This document shows, one piece after another, positions 10,189 through 20,956 of a stretch of 64,000 nt of DNA (position 1 is the first letter of the stretch; each line of letters starts with the position of its first letter). The notes below the pieces were generated by a model, which saw only the letters and a list, made by a program, of their open reading frames with translations, made no database searches and was not told the DNA's origin. The translations under genes and the position numbers were made by a program. Source of the stretch: an uncultured Gemmatimonadales bacterium (GTDB lineage: Bacteria > Gemmatimonadota > Gemmatimonadetes > Gemmatimonadales > GWC2-71-9); NCBI GenBank assembly GCA_963844035.1, contig CAWJMT010000003.1, positions 288,001-352,000 on the forward strand. The letters are read 5' to 3'.

Positions 10189-10794
10189 CCTCCGCGCTGT
10201 GGATCGTGGCCGGGTACCTCGTGGGTGCGATCCCGACGAGCTATTTCGCCGGCAAGATCGGGCGGGGGATCGATCTGCGGCAGCATGGCAGCGGGAGTCT
10301 GGGTGCCACGAACACCTATCGCGTGCTGGGGTGGAAGTACGCCATTCCCGTCGGCCTGTTCGACGTCGCGAAGGGTGCGGCGCCGGTCGTGCTGGTCGAG
10401 CGCTGGTCCGGCGGGGCGGGGTGGCTCCCCGTCGCCGTCGGCGCGGCGGCGGTGGCGGGACACATGTTCTCTCCCTACGTGCGATTCCGGGGCGGGAAGG
10501 GTGTCGCTACGGCAGCCGGTATGTTCCTCGCGCTGGCGCCGCTCGCCATCGTGATCTCGATGGCGATCTGGTGCATCGTCCTCTGGATCTCGGGTTACGT
10601 ATCAATCGCGTCGATGTTCGCGGTCGGCCTGTTCCCGGTGTGGGCGCGCCTCACGCGTCCCGATGCGCCGCACACCTTCTGGGCGGGCGTCTATGCTCGC
10701 GATCCTGATCATCGTCTCACACCGCTCCAACATCCGGCGACTCCTGGCCGGCACCGAAGGGCGATTCCGCACCCGAAAGGGTGCCGCCGCGTGA
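10185..10794 (+). CDS. plsY: Glycerol-3-phosphate acyltransferase PlsY (frameshift ~10690)
   Basis: GYLVGAIP, DLRQHGSGSLGATN, GHMFS..FRGGKGVAT, and HRSNIRRLLAGTE in another frame. Confidence 0.93.
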
Positions 10795-11798
10795 CCCGGA
10801 TCGCCGTCATGGGCGCCGGGGCGTGGGGCACCGCGCTGGCGGACTCTGCTGGCCCGCAAGGGCGACGCGGTCACCATTTGGGCGCACGAGCCCGAAGTGG
10901 TCGAGAGCATCAACCGTGAGCATCACAATCACCTGTTTCTCCCCGACGCGCCGCTCGCCGACAACCTGCGGGCCGGCGGGGAGATCGCCGAGGTGGTGCG
11001 GGGCGCGGAAGTGATCGTCTCGGCGGCGCCGTCCCACGTGGTGCGCGCCGTGATGACACCGGTCGCCGCGGCTATGTCCGGGCGGCCGCTGGTGGTGAGC
11101 GTGTCGAAGGGGCTCGAGCCGGACCGCCTCAGCACCCCGTGCGGGGTCCTGCGCGAGGTCCTGCCGGCCGAGTACGCCGCTGGCGGTGCTCTCGGGGCCG
11201 TCGTTCGCCCGCGAGGTCTATGAGCGGCAGCCGACGGCGGTCGTCACGGCCGCGCGGGACCACGATGTCGCGCTGCGGGCGCAGCAAACCTTCTCGACGC
11301 CGGTGTTCCGGGCGTACTCGCTCACCGACGTGGTGGGCGTGGAGCTGGCCGGTGCGCTCAAGAACGTCATCGCCCTCGCCGCGGGCTTCCTCGCCGGGCT
11401 GGGCCTGGGCCACAACACGCGTGCCGCGTTGCTTACCCGCGGTCTGGCGGAGATCACGCGGCTCGGTGTGGCGCTGGGTGCCGAGCCGGCGACGTTCGCG
11501 GGGCTCGCGGGAATGGGCGATCTCATTCTGACCGCCACCGGGGGGCCGCTCTCGCGCAACCACACGCTGGGCGTCGATCTGGGGCGCGGGGTGCCCTTGG
11601 AGCAGGCGCTGGGCGGCCGCGCCACGGTGGCGGAGGGCGTCAACACCGCGCGCGCCGCGGTGACCCTGGGGGAACGGCACGGCGTCGAGCTGCCGATCGC
11701 CCAGCAGGTCACTGAGGTGTCTGTTCCACGGCAAGGGGCTACGCCAGGCGGTGGCGGACCTGATGGAGCGCGAGCTCAAGACGGAGCAGTGGCGATGA
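10791..11798 (+). CDS. gpsA: NAD(P)H-dependent glycerol-3-phosphate dehydrogenase (several frameshifts)
   Basis: GAGAWGTALA, SKGLE, LSGPSFARE, GVELAGALKNVIA, GLAGMGDLILT, SRN. Confidence 0.93.
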
Positions 11799-12173
11799 GC
11801 GCTCCGCATCCGGTGCAGGAGTTCTTCTCGATCGGCGAGGTCTGCCAGCTCACCGACCTGAAGCCGCACGTGTTGCGCTACTGGGAGAGCCAGTTTCGGT
11901 TCTCTGAATCCGGCCAAGAACCGGTCCGGCAACCGCGTGTACCAGCGGCGCGAGATCGAGCTGATCATGCTCGTGAAGCATCTGCTCTACACGGAGAAGT
12001 ACACCATCGAGGGCGCCCGCCAGAAGATCGAGCAGTACCGCCGGTCGGGCGAGCTGAAACCCGAGGCCCGGCGCGCGCTGGCCCTGGAGACCGTCAAGGA
12101 CCTGCGACTCGAGCTCAAAGCCGTACTCGTCATCCTCGAGGGGGCCGCCCCGCCGCATGCCGGGACCCGCTGA
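11795..12173 (+). CDS. MerR-family transcriptional regulator (frameshift ~11900)
   Basis: FFSIGEVCQLTDLKPHVLRYWESQF...RVYQRREIELI..KHLLYTEKYTIEGAR. Confidence 0.9.
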
Positions 12174-12951
12174 GGTGCCCCCGCTAGAATCCACGGGACG
12201 CCCCAAGATCCTCCTCTCGAACGATGACGGTATCCTGGCGCGCGGCCTCGGCGTGCTGGCGGAGGTGTGCGCCGCGGTAGGGCAGGTCACCGTGGTGGCT
12301 CCCGATCGCGAGCAGAGCGGGACGTCGCACTCGTTGACGCTGCACCGCCCGCTCCACGCCACCCGCCGCGCGGACGGCGCGTTCCAGGTGGATGGGACCC
12401 CGACCGACTGCGTCCTGCTCGCCCTCGGCAAGCTGATGCCCGAAGAACCCGACTTCGTCATCTCCGGGATCAACCACGGCTCCAACATGGGCGAAGACGT
12501 GCTGTATTCGGGCACCGTCGCCGCCGCGTTCGAAGGACTGGTGGCGGGCATTCCCAGCATCGCCATCTCGTTCGCCGGGGGCGATCTGGATCTCCTGGAC
12601 TCGCACCGCCCGGGGCTCGAGCGTCTGCTGCGCAGGCTCGTGGGGGTGAAGGACTTCCCCAAAGAGACGCTGCTCAACGTCAATCTCCCGGGAATCCCCG
12701 CCGATCAGGTGAAAGGCGTCCGGATCACGCACCTCGGCAGCCGCGTGTTCCACGAGGAGATCGCCCTGATGAAGGACCCGTGGGGCAAGGACATCTACTG
12801 GATCGGGGGCGGTCACGTGACATGGTCGGGCGGTACCGACTCCGATTTCCAGGCCACCCGGGACGGCTACATCTCGGTGACGCCACTCCACATGGACATG
12901 ACCAACTACAAGCTCCTCGAGGTGGCACAGTCGTGGTTTCGGGAGGAGTGA
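12157..12951 (+). CDS. surE: 5'/3'-nucleotidase SurE (start uncertain)
   Basis: ILLSNDDG, APDREQSGTSHSLT, DGTPTDCV, SGINHGSNMG, YSGTVAAA. Confidence 0.97.
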   Translation: MPGPAEVPPLESTGRPKILLSNDDGILARGLGVLAEVCAAVGQVTVVAPDREQSGTSHSLTLHRPLHATRRADGAFQVDGTPTDCVLLALGKLMPEEPDFVISGINHGSNMGEDVLYSGTVAAAFEGLVAGIPSIAISFAGGDLDLLDSHRPGLERLLRRLVGVKDFPKETLLNVNLPGIPADQVKGVRITHLGSRVFHEEIALMKDPWGKDIYWIGGGHVTWSGGTDSDFQATRDGYISVTPLHMDMTNYKLLEVAQSWFREE

Positions 12952-13604
12952 GCGGGCGCAGCAGCGACCCGTTTGCGGGCTATCGCGCCCGGCTGGTGGA
13001 GACGCTGCGGGGCAAGGGCGTCCAGAATCTGGCGGTGCTGCGGGCATTCGCCGACACGCCGCGCCACCTGTTCGTCCCCGAGGCCCTGCGCCGGAAGGCG
13101 TATGACGACGTCGCGTTGCCGATCGGACGTGGCCAGACCATCTCCCAGCCGTTCACCCAAGCCCGTTACCTTGAGGCCCTGGGTCTGCGCGGGTCGGAGC
13201 GCGTGCTCGAAATCGGCACGGGGTCCGGATATCAAACCGCGTTGTTGTGCGTCCTGGCCGCGCAGGTGTTTAGCGTGGAACGGGTCGAGCACCTGGCTCG
13301 TCAGGCACAACAGGCGCTGCGCGCGGCGGGCGTCACCAAAGCCTCGGTGCTGATGGGCGACGGGACGTTGGGCTGGAGCGCGTACGCGCCGTATGATGCG
13401 ATTCTGGTTGCCGCCGGAGGCCCGGAGATCCCGCCGCCGCTCGTCGAGCAACTCGCACCGGGAGGGCGCCTGCTGATCCCGCTCGGGGATCGCGGCGCGC
13501 AAACCCTCACGCTGGTCGAACGCCGGGACAGCGGACTGCGGCGCACGCCCCTGGGCGACGCCCGGTTCGTGCCACTTCTTGGGGAGCATGGCTTTGATGC
13601 TTGA
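12948..13604 (+). CDS. pcm: Protein-L-isoaspartate O-methyltransferase
   Basis: PRHLFVP, IGRGQTISQP, VLEIGTGSGYQTA, GDGTLGW..APYDAI, RFVPL. Confidence 0.96.
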   Translation: MSGRSSDPFAGYRARLVETLRGKGVQNLAVLRAFADTPRHLFVPEALRRKAYDDVALPIGRGQTISQPFTQARYLEALGLRGSERVLEIGTGSGYQTALLCVLAAQVFSVERVEHLARQAQQALRAAGVTKASVLMGDGTLGWSAYAPYDAILVAAGGPEIPPPLVEQLAPGGRLLIPLGDRGAQTLTLVERRDSGLRRTPLGDARFVPLLGEHGFDA

Positions 13605-14235
13605 ACGGTTTATTGAGTGGCTCTTGAACAGCCTTCTCGCGCTCGGGTATCCCGGCATCGTCGTCCTGATGGCGATGGAGTCGTCCATCTTGCCGGTGCC
13701 CGCGGAGCTCGTGATGCCGCCGGCGGGCTACTGGGTGGCCAAGGGAGAAATGGGAGCCGTGGCAGCGGTGGCGGCCGGTGTCGTCGGCAGCATCCTCGGG
13801 TCGCTCGCAAACTATTTTCTGGCCCTCTGGCTCGGCCGCGGGCTGGTGCGCCGGTTCGGGCGGTATGTCCTGATCTCCGAACGGTCCCTCGAACGCTCCG
13901 AGCGCTATTTCGCGGCGCACGGCGAAATCAGCGTGCTGCTCGGCCGGATGCTTCCCGTCGTGCGCCACCTGATTTCGATCCCCGCCGGTCTTGCGCGCAT
14001 GTCCCTGGTGGCCTTCGTGGTCTACACCGGGGTGGGTGCCACGATCTGGTGCGCCATCCTGGTCTGGATCGGATACTTCCTCGGCCGGCACGAGGGGGTG
14101 CTGCGGCAGGCTGAGGTGCGGCACTACGTGGGTCAGGCGCTCCTCGTGCTCGTGCCGGTCCTCGGGTTGGTCATAGGCATCTACGTGTGGCGCCAGCGGC
14201 ACCGTAAGGGCCCGGTCGCCGAGGAGGGACGCTAG
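13597..14235 (+). CDS. DedA family membrane protein
   Basis: GYPGIVVLMAMESSILPVPAELVMPPAG, GRMLPVVRHLISIPAG. Confidence 0.93.
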   Translation: MLERFIEWLLNSLLALGYPGIVVLMAMESSILPVPAELVMPPAGYWVAKGEMGAVAAVAAGVVGSILGSLANYFLALWLGRGLVRRFGRYVLISERSLERSERYFAAHGEISVLLGRMLPVVRHLISIPAGLARMSLVAFVVYTGVGATIWCAILVWIGYFLGRHEGVLRQAEVRHYVGQALLVLVPVLGLVIGIYVWRQRHRKGPVAEEGR

Positions 14236-14238
14236 GTC

Positions 14239-14508
14239 GTGGTGGTGCGATACCTGGTACGCGGCGTCGTTCAAGGCGTCGGATTTCGATGGTTCGTCAT
14301 GCGTGAGGCTCACCGGCTGAGCATGCGCGGCTGGGTCAGTAACCTGGCCGACGGCTCCGTGGAAGTCCTGGCGGACGGACCGCCGGCGCTGATCGCCGAT
14401 CTCGAGCGTTCACTGACGCGCGGCCCTACGGCGGCCAAGGTACGCAGTGTGGAAAAAGCAGATGTTCCACATGACCTGGTGCTGCCTAACTCGTTTGAAA
14501 TGCGTTAG
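14239..14508 (+). CDS. acyP: Acylphosphatase
   Basis: VRGVVQGVGFRWF, GWVSNLADGSVEV, GP. Confidence 0.95.
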   Translation: MVVRYLVRGVVQGVGFRWFVMREAHRLSMRGWVSNLADGSVEVLADGPPALIADLERSLTRGPTAAKVRSVEKADVPHDLVLPNSFEMR

Positions 14509-15054
14509 ATGGCAGAACTAGTGAGCCACGGCATTATCGACAGTATTCGTGGGCGGATCCGAGATATTCCGGACTTCCCGAAGCCGGGGATCGTGTTCAA
14601 GGATATCACGCCGCTGTTGCTCGATGCCGCGTTGTTCCGCCAGGTGGTGGAGCGGATGGCCGCCCCGTTCAGAGGGCAGGGCACGTCACGGGTGATTGCG
14701 ATCGAGTCGCGCGGTTTCCTGTTGGGCGCCCCGATTGCGATGGCGCTGCAGGCGGGGTTGGTTCCCATCAGAAAGCCGGGGAAGCTCCCCGCGGCGCGGA
14801 ATCGCGTCGAGTACGCGCTCGAGTACGGGACCGACGCGCTGGAGATGCACCGCGACGCGGTCGCCCCAGGGGATCGCGTGCTGATCGTCGACGACGTCCT
14901 GGCGACGGGTGGGACCGCCCAGGGAGCTGCCCGGCTCGTGCGTGGACAGGGGGCCGCGTTGGTCGGGTTCAGTTTCCTCGTCGAGCTTGATTTCTTACGC
15001 GGCCGGGAGAAGCTTCAACAGGAGCGGGTGGAGGCCTTGCTTCACTACACGTAA
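14509..15054 (+). CDS. apt: Adenine phosphoribosyltransferase
   Basis: IPDFPKPGIVFKDITPLL, ESRGF, RKPGKLP, YALEYGTD, IVDDVLATGGT. Confidence 0.97.
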   Translation: MAELVSHGIIDSIRGRIRDIPDFPKPGIVFKDITPLLLDAALFRQVVERMAAPFRGQGTSRVIAIESRGFLLGAPIAMALQAGLVPIRKPGKLPAARNRVEYALEYGTDALEMHRDAVAPGDRVLIVDDVLATGGTAQGAARLVRGQGAALVGFSFLVELDFLRGREKLQQERVEALLHYT

Positions 15055-15092
15055 GCTCGCTAGTTTTAAAAGCTTAGCTGTTCCGGGACGAC

Positions 15093-15166
15093 GCCCCTGT
15101 AGCTCAGGTGGATAGAGCAGCGGTTTCCTAAACCGTTGGCCGGGTGTTCGAGTCACCCCAGGGGCA
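15093..15166 (+). tRNA. tRNA-Arg(CCT), CCA end not encoded
   Basis: Acceptor GCCCCTG/CAGGGGC, D arm GCTC..GAGC, anticodon loop TTCCTAA, T arm GGGTG-TTCGAGT-CACCC. Confidence 0.96.
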
Positions 15167-15214
15167 CTGGGGTGCGACGAGCCGGATCCGGGTACGCATT
15201 TGAAGAGGACGAAC

Positions 15215-15901
15215 ATGGCCACATCAGCACCGGCGTCGCGGCGTGCCGCGACGTCTCCGCCACCCGACGACTCGGCGGCACTGACATCGGTAGCAACGTG
15301 GATCAAGGGGCATCGCCAGATCGCGAGTGCGATCGGGGCGGTGCTCGTGGTTGGCGGTGGGCTGCTGTGGTGGAATGGCATCTCGAGGAGCCGTACCGAG
15401 GCTGTTGCGGGGGAGCGTTTGTCCCAGGCTCGGCTGGCGTTCGATTCGCGCAACTATCCGCTGGCAGGAAGCGAGCTGTCCCAGGTAGTGGAAAACTACT
15501 CGGGCACCCGTGCCGCTCAGGAGGCGCAGCTGCTACTCGCCACCGTGCGCATGGCTCAGGGCCAGGAGCAGCAGGCGATCGATCAACTCAAGAAATTCGC
15601 GCCTGCGGCGGGCCCACATTTCCGCGCCCAAGCGTACGGCCTGCTGGGCGCCGCGTACGAGAATGCGGGTCAGTACAAGGACGCTGCCGAGGCGTATGAG
15701 ACGGCGGTGCCGTACGCCGAGTACGCATTCCTAAAGGCGCAGTACCTGTCGGACGCGGGGCGCAGCTGGGTGGCGCAGGGTGATACGGCCAAAGCGATTC
15801 TGGCGTACCGTACCATCGTGTCAAAGATGGATTCGACGGCGACCAGGAGTGAGGCGCAGGTGCGTTTGGGGGAATTGACCCGAGGGGCGGTGAGCCCTTA
15901 A
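15215..15901 (+). CDS. YfgM-like single-TM TPR protein (ancillary SecYEG subunit family)
   Basis: One N-terminal TM, YSGTRAAQEAQLLLA, several TPR helices; GAGGA SD before ATG 15215. Confidence 0.75.
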   Translation: MATSAPASRRAATSPPPDDSAALTSVATWIKGHRQIASAIGAVLVVGGGLLWWNGISRSRTEAVAGERLSQARLAFDSRNYPLAGSELSQVVENYSGTRAAQEAQLLLATVRMAQGQEQQAIDQLKKFAPAAGPHFRAQAYGLLGAAYENAGQYKDAAEAYETAVPYAEYAFLKAQYLSDAGRSWVAQGDTAKAILAYRTIVSKMDSTATRSEAQVRLGELTRGAVSP

Positions 15902-15931
15902 GGCCGATGGATTAAGGTTCGTAGCCGGTCT

Positions 15932-15959
15932 ACTTCGTATAATAGATGTTATGTTAAGT
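15932..15959 (+). other. dif: dif chromosome-dimer resolution site (XerC arm ACTTCGTATAA, spacer TAGATG, XerD arm TTATGTTAAGT)
   Basis: 11-6-11 structure; right arm differs by 1 nt from the E. coli XerD arm TTATGTTAAAT; lies in an AT-rich convergent intergenic gap at the gene-orientation switch. Confidence 0.92.
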
Positions 15960-15988
15960 TGAACGCTATGTGAATGTTGAAAGACTGT

Positions 15989-16828
15989 CTAGATCATCAC
16001 CCCCCGAAACACCATCCGCGCCTCCCCCACAAGCCACACATCCTCGTACGCATCTGTTATCCCGCGTTGGCCCCTCACTACCAGCGGGCGGCCACTTCGC
16101 GTCCACAGGGTCACAGGAAGCGTCCCCAGGCCCCAGCGATCCAGCGTGCAGCCGACCGCGACGGCCCCGGTGCCACACGCGAGCGTCTCCCCTTCCACAC
16201 CACGCTCGTAGGTGCGCATCCGCCAGTCCGACGGGCCGGTGCCGGGGCTGACGAAGTTCACGTTGGCCCCAGCTGCCCCCAGAACGGGATCGTTCCGAAG
16301 CGCGCGGCCGCGGTGCTCAACATCGACCTGGCCCACGTCCCGGACCAGAACCACCAGATGCGGTACTCCCACCGTACTGAGGGCCGCCTGCTCCTCGCCC
16401 TCCGCCAAGTGGAGACGCGGCAGGGTCACCGGGACGCCAACCGGTGCGAGATGGAGTTCGGGCTGCCCGTCCGCACCTACCACGCGCACGTCGTAGGTAC
16501 CGGCATCGGTTTCGAGCCGTGCGACAGTGCCGTTCCCGAAGCCGATGTGGCCGGCGAGGCGGGTGGTGCAGAGGGCGGCGTTGCCGCACAGGGCGGCGCG
16601 GGACCCATCGCTGTTGAAGTAGACCATGCGGACCGCCTCGGGGCTCGCGCCGGGCTCGACGAACACGAGCCCGTCGGCGCCCAAACCGGTTCCCCGGGCG
16701 CATACCCCTCGGATATCGTCGGGAGTCCAGTCCGCCGGTCGGGACGTGCGACCGTCGATCATCACAAAGTCGTTCCCCGACCCCGTCATCTTGTAGACGG
16801 GGAGCCCGCTTAGATCCGGCCGGACCAC
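15989..16828 (-). CDS. dapF: Diaminopimelate epimerase (start approximate)
   Basis: KMTGSGNDF, GLGADG, NSDGSRAALCGNA, GVPHLV, ANVNF, RTYERGVEGETLACGTGA. Confidence 0.96.
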   Translation of the reverse strand: MVRPDLSGLPVYKMTGSGNDFVMIDGRTSRPADWTPDDIRGVCARGTGLGADGLVFVEPGASPEAVRMVYFNSDGSRAALCGNAALCTTRLAGHIGFGNGTVARLETDAGTYDVRVVGADGQPELHLAPVGVPVTLPRLHLAEGEEQAALSTVGVPHLVVLVRDVGQVDVEHRGRALRNDPVLGAAGANVNFVSPGTGPSDWRMRTYERGVEGETLACGTGAVAVGCTLDRWGLGTLPVTLWTRSGRPLVVRGQRGITDAYEDVWLVGEARMVFRGVMI

Positions 16829-17532
16829 GCCATCAATCGGAGGCGCGGCACCATCCAGATTGCCTCGCGGACGATCGTGCGGTTCATCTTGCTCTGGCCC
16901 TCGGTCCGGTCGACGAACACGATAGGGATTTCTTTCAACTTGAATTTTTTTCGCCATGCGCGTGCGCTCATTTCAATTTGAAAGGCGTAGCCGTTCGAGC
17001 GGACCTGAGAAAGGTCGATCGCCTCGAGCACCTGCCTGCGAAAACACTTGAACCCTCCCGTCAGGTCCCAAATCGACAGGCCGATGACCCAGCGGGCATA
17101 GATATTCGCCGCGTAGGACAGGAGGAGGCGTGTCATCGGCCAATTGACCACCGTGACCCTCCCCCCAAGGTAGCGGGATCCGAGCACCAGATCAGCGTCC
17201 TCAATGGCCTTGAGAAAGTCCTTTAAGTGGGCGGGATCGTGGGAGAAGTCGGCGTCCATCTCGAACAGGTAGTCGTAGCCGTGCTCCAACGCCCACCGGA
17301 ACCCCGTGATGTAGGCGGTGCCGAGGCCCCGCTTCCCCTCCCGCTGTAGCACGTGCACCCGGGGGTCGAGCCTGGCCAGGTCCACCGCCATCTGACCGGT
17401 GCCGTCGGGGGAGTTGTCGTCCACGATGAGGACCTCGAGACGCGGGTCCTGGGCGAGGACCAGCGGGACGAGGTTGCCGATGTTCATGGCCTCGTTGTAG
17501 GTCGGAATAATGACCAGCGCCCGCTCAGCCAC
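16810..17532 (-). CDS. Polyprenol monophosphomannose synthase-like GT2 (Dpm1/Ppm1-like)
   Basis: IIPTYNEA, VDDNSPDGT, KRGLGTAY, MDADFSHDP, GSRY, DLTGGFK, GYAFQIEM. Confidence 0.9.
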   Translation of the reverse strand: MAERALVIIPTYNEAMNIGNLVPLVLAQDPRLEVLIVDDNSPDGTGQMAVDLARLDPRVHVLQREGKRGLGTAYITGFRWALEHGYDYLFEMDADFSHDPAHLKDFLKAIEDADLVLGSRYLGGRVTVVNWPMTRLLLSYAANIYARWVIGLSIWDLTGGFKCFRRQVLEAIDLSQVRSNGYAFQIEMSARAWRKKFKLKEIPIVFVDRTEGQSKMNRTIVREAIWMVPRLRLMAWSGRI

Positions 17533-19886
17533 CCTGGCCCGTCCCTTGAGTCCGGGCGCTCGCGCGACGCCGCACGGCGTCCGCGCCCACGGCAGCGAGT
17601 ACCCCCAGCAGCATCAGCAGGGTGATCATTCCGCCCCGCCGGAATCCCGGGGCTGAAAATGAAAGCTCGATCGACCGGGCGCCGGCCGGCAGGGGCACGG
17701 CCATCAGGGAGTGCTGGGCCCGAACGACGCGGGCCGGGCTGGCCATCGACCGTGGCGTGCCAGGCCGGGTGATAGTTCTCCGACACGAACAGATACGCCG
17801 GCGTCGCGCGTGGGGCGCCGAGATCGAAGCGAAGGGCGCCGGGGCGCAGCTCGTGCACCGCCACCGGCGCGGCCACCGGCTCGGGAATCTCGTGCCCTTC
17901 CAGCGACGCAAGACCGATGTGTTGGTCCGGGGACACGAGCAGGATGCGGCGGAGGTCGAACCGGTGATCCATCAGCGTCGGCCACGGTCTGCGAGTCGCC
18001 CAGCTGCAGGGCCTCCTCCACGAGGAAGGCATACGGGACGGGATCGGTGACGCGATAGAGATACGCGGCTTGGCCGTCCGCGGTCGCGAGCGGTCCGTCC
18101 CCCACCGGGGCCAGGAGCGTGGTGCTGATCGGCTCGTTGATGATCACGTACCGCACGGCCAGGAGTTTCAGCAGGTTGGGGCTGCCGATGTTGCGCCATT
18201 CATTCTTGCCACCGAGCAGCTCGTCATAGCGTTGCAGCTCGTTGCCGTGGTACCCGAGCACCGAGCGGACGCGCTGCGACATCAGGTAGTTCTCGAGCCC
18301 CTGGTACTCGTTGATGGACAGCACCCGGTAGACACCAGAGTCGCCTTGCAGCGTCTTGACGATCGCATCGGGCGCGAAGCTCTCCCGGGCCGGCGGGCTG
18401 AACTGGATGTAGCGGCGCTCGACGCTCCAGAGGTCGAGCAGCACCAGGCCACCCACGAGCAAGGCCCATCGGGCGCCGCCGATGCGGTTCGCAAGGCGAA
18501 CACTGCACAGCGGCGGCGGTCGCGCCGATCAAGATCAGGACGCGCACGGTGTCGGCCTGGAAGGCGGGATAGTTCGCCGTCACGGCGCCGATCCGCTGCG
18601 GATCGGCCAGGCCCCGCATGATCCCCTCAAATGCGCCCGCGAACCCCATGAGCACGGCAACGCCCGCGCCCCCGAGCCACCACCAGAGGGGAGTCTTGCG
18701 AGTGTCCGGTGCGGCGGTGAGCAGCGCCTGCGTCCCGAACGCGGCCAGCACCGCCGTACTGAACGCCGTGAGGAAAAAGATCATCGACGGCGCGCGCGTG
18801 AGCTTGATGCCGGGGAGAATCGCGTAGGGGATGTGGTAGAACGGGGTGTGTCCTCCCAGCGCGAACAGGATCCCGTAGGCAGCGAGGAACACGAAGAACC
18901 AGGCGAGGCGGCGCTTGTCCCGGAGATACGGGGCGAACGTTGCCAGCACGAGCACGACGGCGCCCAGGTACTCGCTGTGGAGCTTGAAGAAGTTGCGACC
19001 CCAATACTGGCCCAGAATCCCCGAGAAGGCCGGCCAGACCGTGTTGAGGAGCTCTTCGGGGGGCATGGACCACGACGTGGCGTATCCCCACCGGTCCGCC
19101 GATTCCTTCGCCGCTCCCCGTGCCGCGTAGGCGAGATACTCCTGAAACGGCACGAGCTGGACGGCGGCGATGCCGAAGGCGACGCACCAGCGCGAGGACG
19201 AACGGCAGCGCCGAGCGCCACCAGGGAGCCGCCGGCCGCTCGTCGCTCACGAACACCAGGAACGCCCAGAAGAACCCCGCGGCCATGAGCAGGAAGTACG
19301 TCATCTGGAAGTGGGGCGAGATCAGGCTCAATCCCACCGTGGCGCCGAAGTACAGATAGCGCCGCCAGTCGTTGCGCACCACGGCCTGGTACAGGAACAG
19401 CAACGCCAGCGGCAGCAGCGCGCTCACGAACAGCTTGCCGTCGTGGCCCGGGCTCACGAGCGAGACGACCTGCCCCGTGAACATGTAGGCCGCACCGCCC
19501 ACGAACGCCGCGCCCCATTCGAGCTTGAGGGTGCGCAGGAACAGGAAGGTGAACAGGCCCGCCAGCACGATGTGGAGCATGAATCCCAGCGTGATCCCCA
19601 CGTCCACCGGGAACACGAGGCGCAGCAGGAAGGTCGGGTAAAATACGTCGCCCCCGATCGCCCCGATGAACGGCATGCCGCCGAAGATGTAGGGATTCCA
19701 TTGCGGAAATCCGCCCACGTGATGCCAGTACTCGGACTCGAACAGTCGGAACGGATATCCGTTCCGCATGTCGCTCATGGGGTTGATGAGGAAGTGGCCG
19801 GTCCAAAACGGCCAGAACGCCACGGCGACGGCGAGCGCGTAGATCAGCGCCGCGCTGAGAACCGGGAAGCGTTCGCGCGGCGTCAT
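17525..19886 (-). CDS. YfhO-family (GT-C fold) polytopic membrane protein; several frameshifts
   Basis: PQWNPYIFGGMPF, many TMs, GHDGK, C-terminal LFVSENYHPAWHA..VPLPAGARSIELSF + TM; ORF pieces 18627-19961, 18224-19153, 17704-18462, 17484-18032, 17525-17911. Confidence 0.8.
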
Positions 19887-20929
19887 GCGTTGCGCGGCGG
19901 GACGCCGCCCGGGAGTGCCATCACGACTCCTCCTGCGGCAAGCTCGAGCAGTGTGAGCCACACCCGGGACGCGACGGCCAGGATCACGGCGTCAGCCCCG
20001 CCGACGCCCACGGTCATCAAGGCTTTCACGAGTGCCGCCTCGCGCACGAGGAGTCCAGCGGGTGCGAAGACCGCGATAACGCCGGCGACGTAGCTCCCGG
20101 TGAATGCGGCGACGTAGTCGGACCACGATCCCGCCGGGCTGTCGAGCAGCCCCACGGCCAGGAGGCGGAACGCGGTGCCGTACAGGATCCAGGGGAGCAC
20201 CAGCATCACGGTGAACGCGCCGAGCTGGGCGGGCCGGAGCTGCGACCACAGCAGACCAACGGCCGGCACCCGGGCTTCGATCCACCGTCCCAGGCGCCCG
20301 CCCGGGCGCGGCAGCGCGAGCCCTACCGCCCCGAGGACCGCGGCCACCACGAGCGCCGCCTGCCACCAGCGCGCGTGCAGCACCGACGGGGTGAGCGCGG
20401 CGAGCACGAGCAGACCGGTAAAGAGGAGCACGATCTGCTCCAGCAGCACGGTCGCCGCGGCTGCCATCGTCGACAGGCCATACCGCCCCGACATCACCGC
20501 GAGGCTGGCGAACTGCCACACGGCACCGGGCAGAAAGCGGGCGAGGTTGGCGGTGAACCAGACCCGGGCCGCGTCGATGTAGCGGATCCGTTGGGCGCAC
20601 CAGCGCAGCGAAACCGTCCACGCGGCCAGGAGGAGGGCCAGGTTGGCCCACACGATGAGGGAGCCGGCGAGCAGCGGGATGGCATGCCAACTGAGGCGGC
20701 GGGCCTGAATGGCCGGCCAATGGGGAGCCGCCAACCGGACCAGATAGTATCCCGCGCCGACCAGAATCGCGATCTGCGCCACCCGCACCCACCACGTTGC
20801 TCCCCTGCCGGCCACGCGCGTCGTTGCGGGGATTCCCAGTGGGACCTCGATTGCCGGGGGTTGGGGTGATAGACCGTTTGCACGCGACTGAGGAGTGCCC
20901 GGGGCTCTCGTACCGGGCAAAGATACCAC
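19883..20929 (-). CDS. Lysylphosphatidylglycerol-synthase TM domain (flippase-like) protein; start uncertain
   Basis: NLARFLPGAVW, APAGLLVREAAL, ASRVWL; about 8 TMs. Confidence 0.8.
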   Translation of the reverse strand: MVSLPGTRAPGTPQSRANGLSPQPPAIEVPLGIPATTRVAGRGATWWVRVAQIAILVGAGYYLVRLAAPHWPAIQARRLSWHAIPLLAGSLIVWANLALLLAAWTVSLRWCAQRIRYIDAARVWFTANLARFLPGAVWQFASLAVMSGRYGLSTMAAAATVLLEQIVLLFTGLLVLAALTPSVLHARWWQAALVVAAVLGAVGLALPRPGGRLGRWIEARVPAVGLLWSQLRPAQLGAFTVMLVLPWILYGTAFRLLAVGLLDSPAGSWSDYVAAFTGSYVAGVIAVFAPAGLLVREAALVKALMTVGVGGADAVILAVASRVWLTLLELAAGGVVMALPGGVPPRNA

Positions 20930-20956
20930 GACACCGGTGCATGCGCGACAAGGGGT

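Noticed and set aside
11186..12187. Apparent GpsA-MerR fusion
   Set aside because: The proper gpsA C-terminus (…LMERELKTEQWR*) is in another frame and has an ATGA overlap with the merR start
15932..15959. loxP-like sequence (ACTTCGTATAAT is shared with loxP)
   Set aside because: The right side is not the inverted loxP arm but a canonical XerD arm; spacing and position fit dif, not an engineered or P1 site
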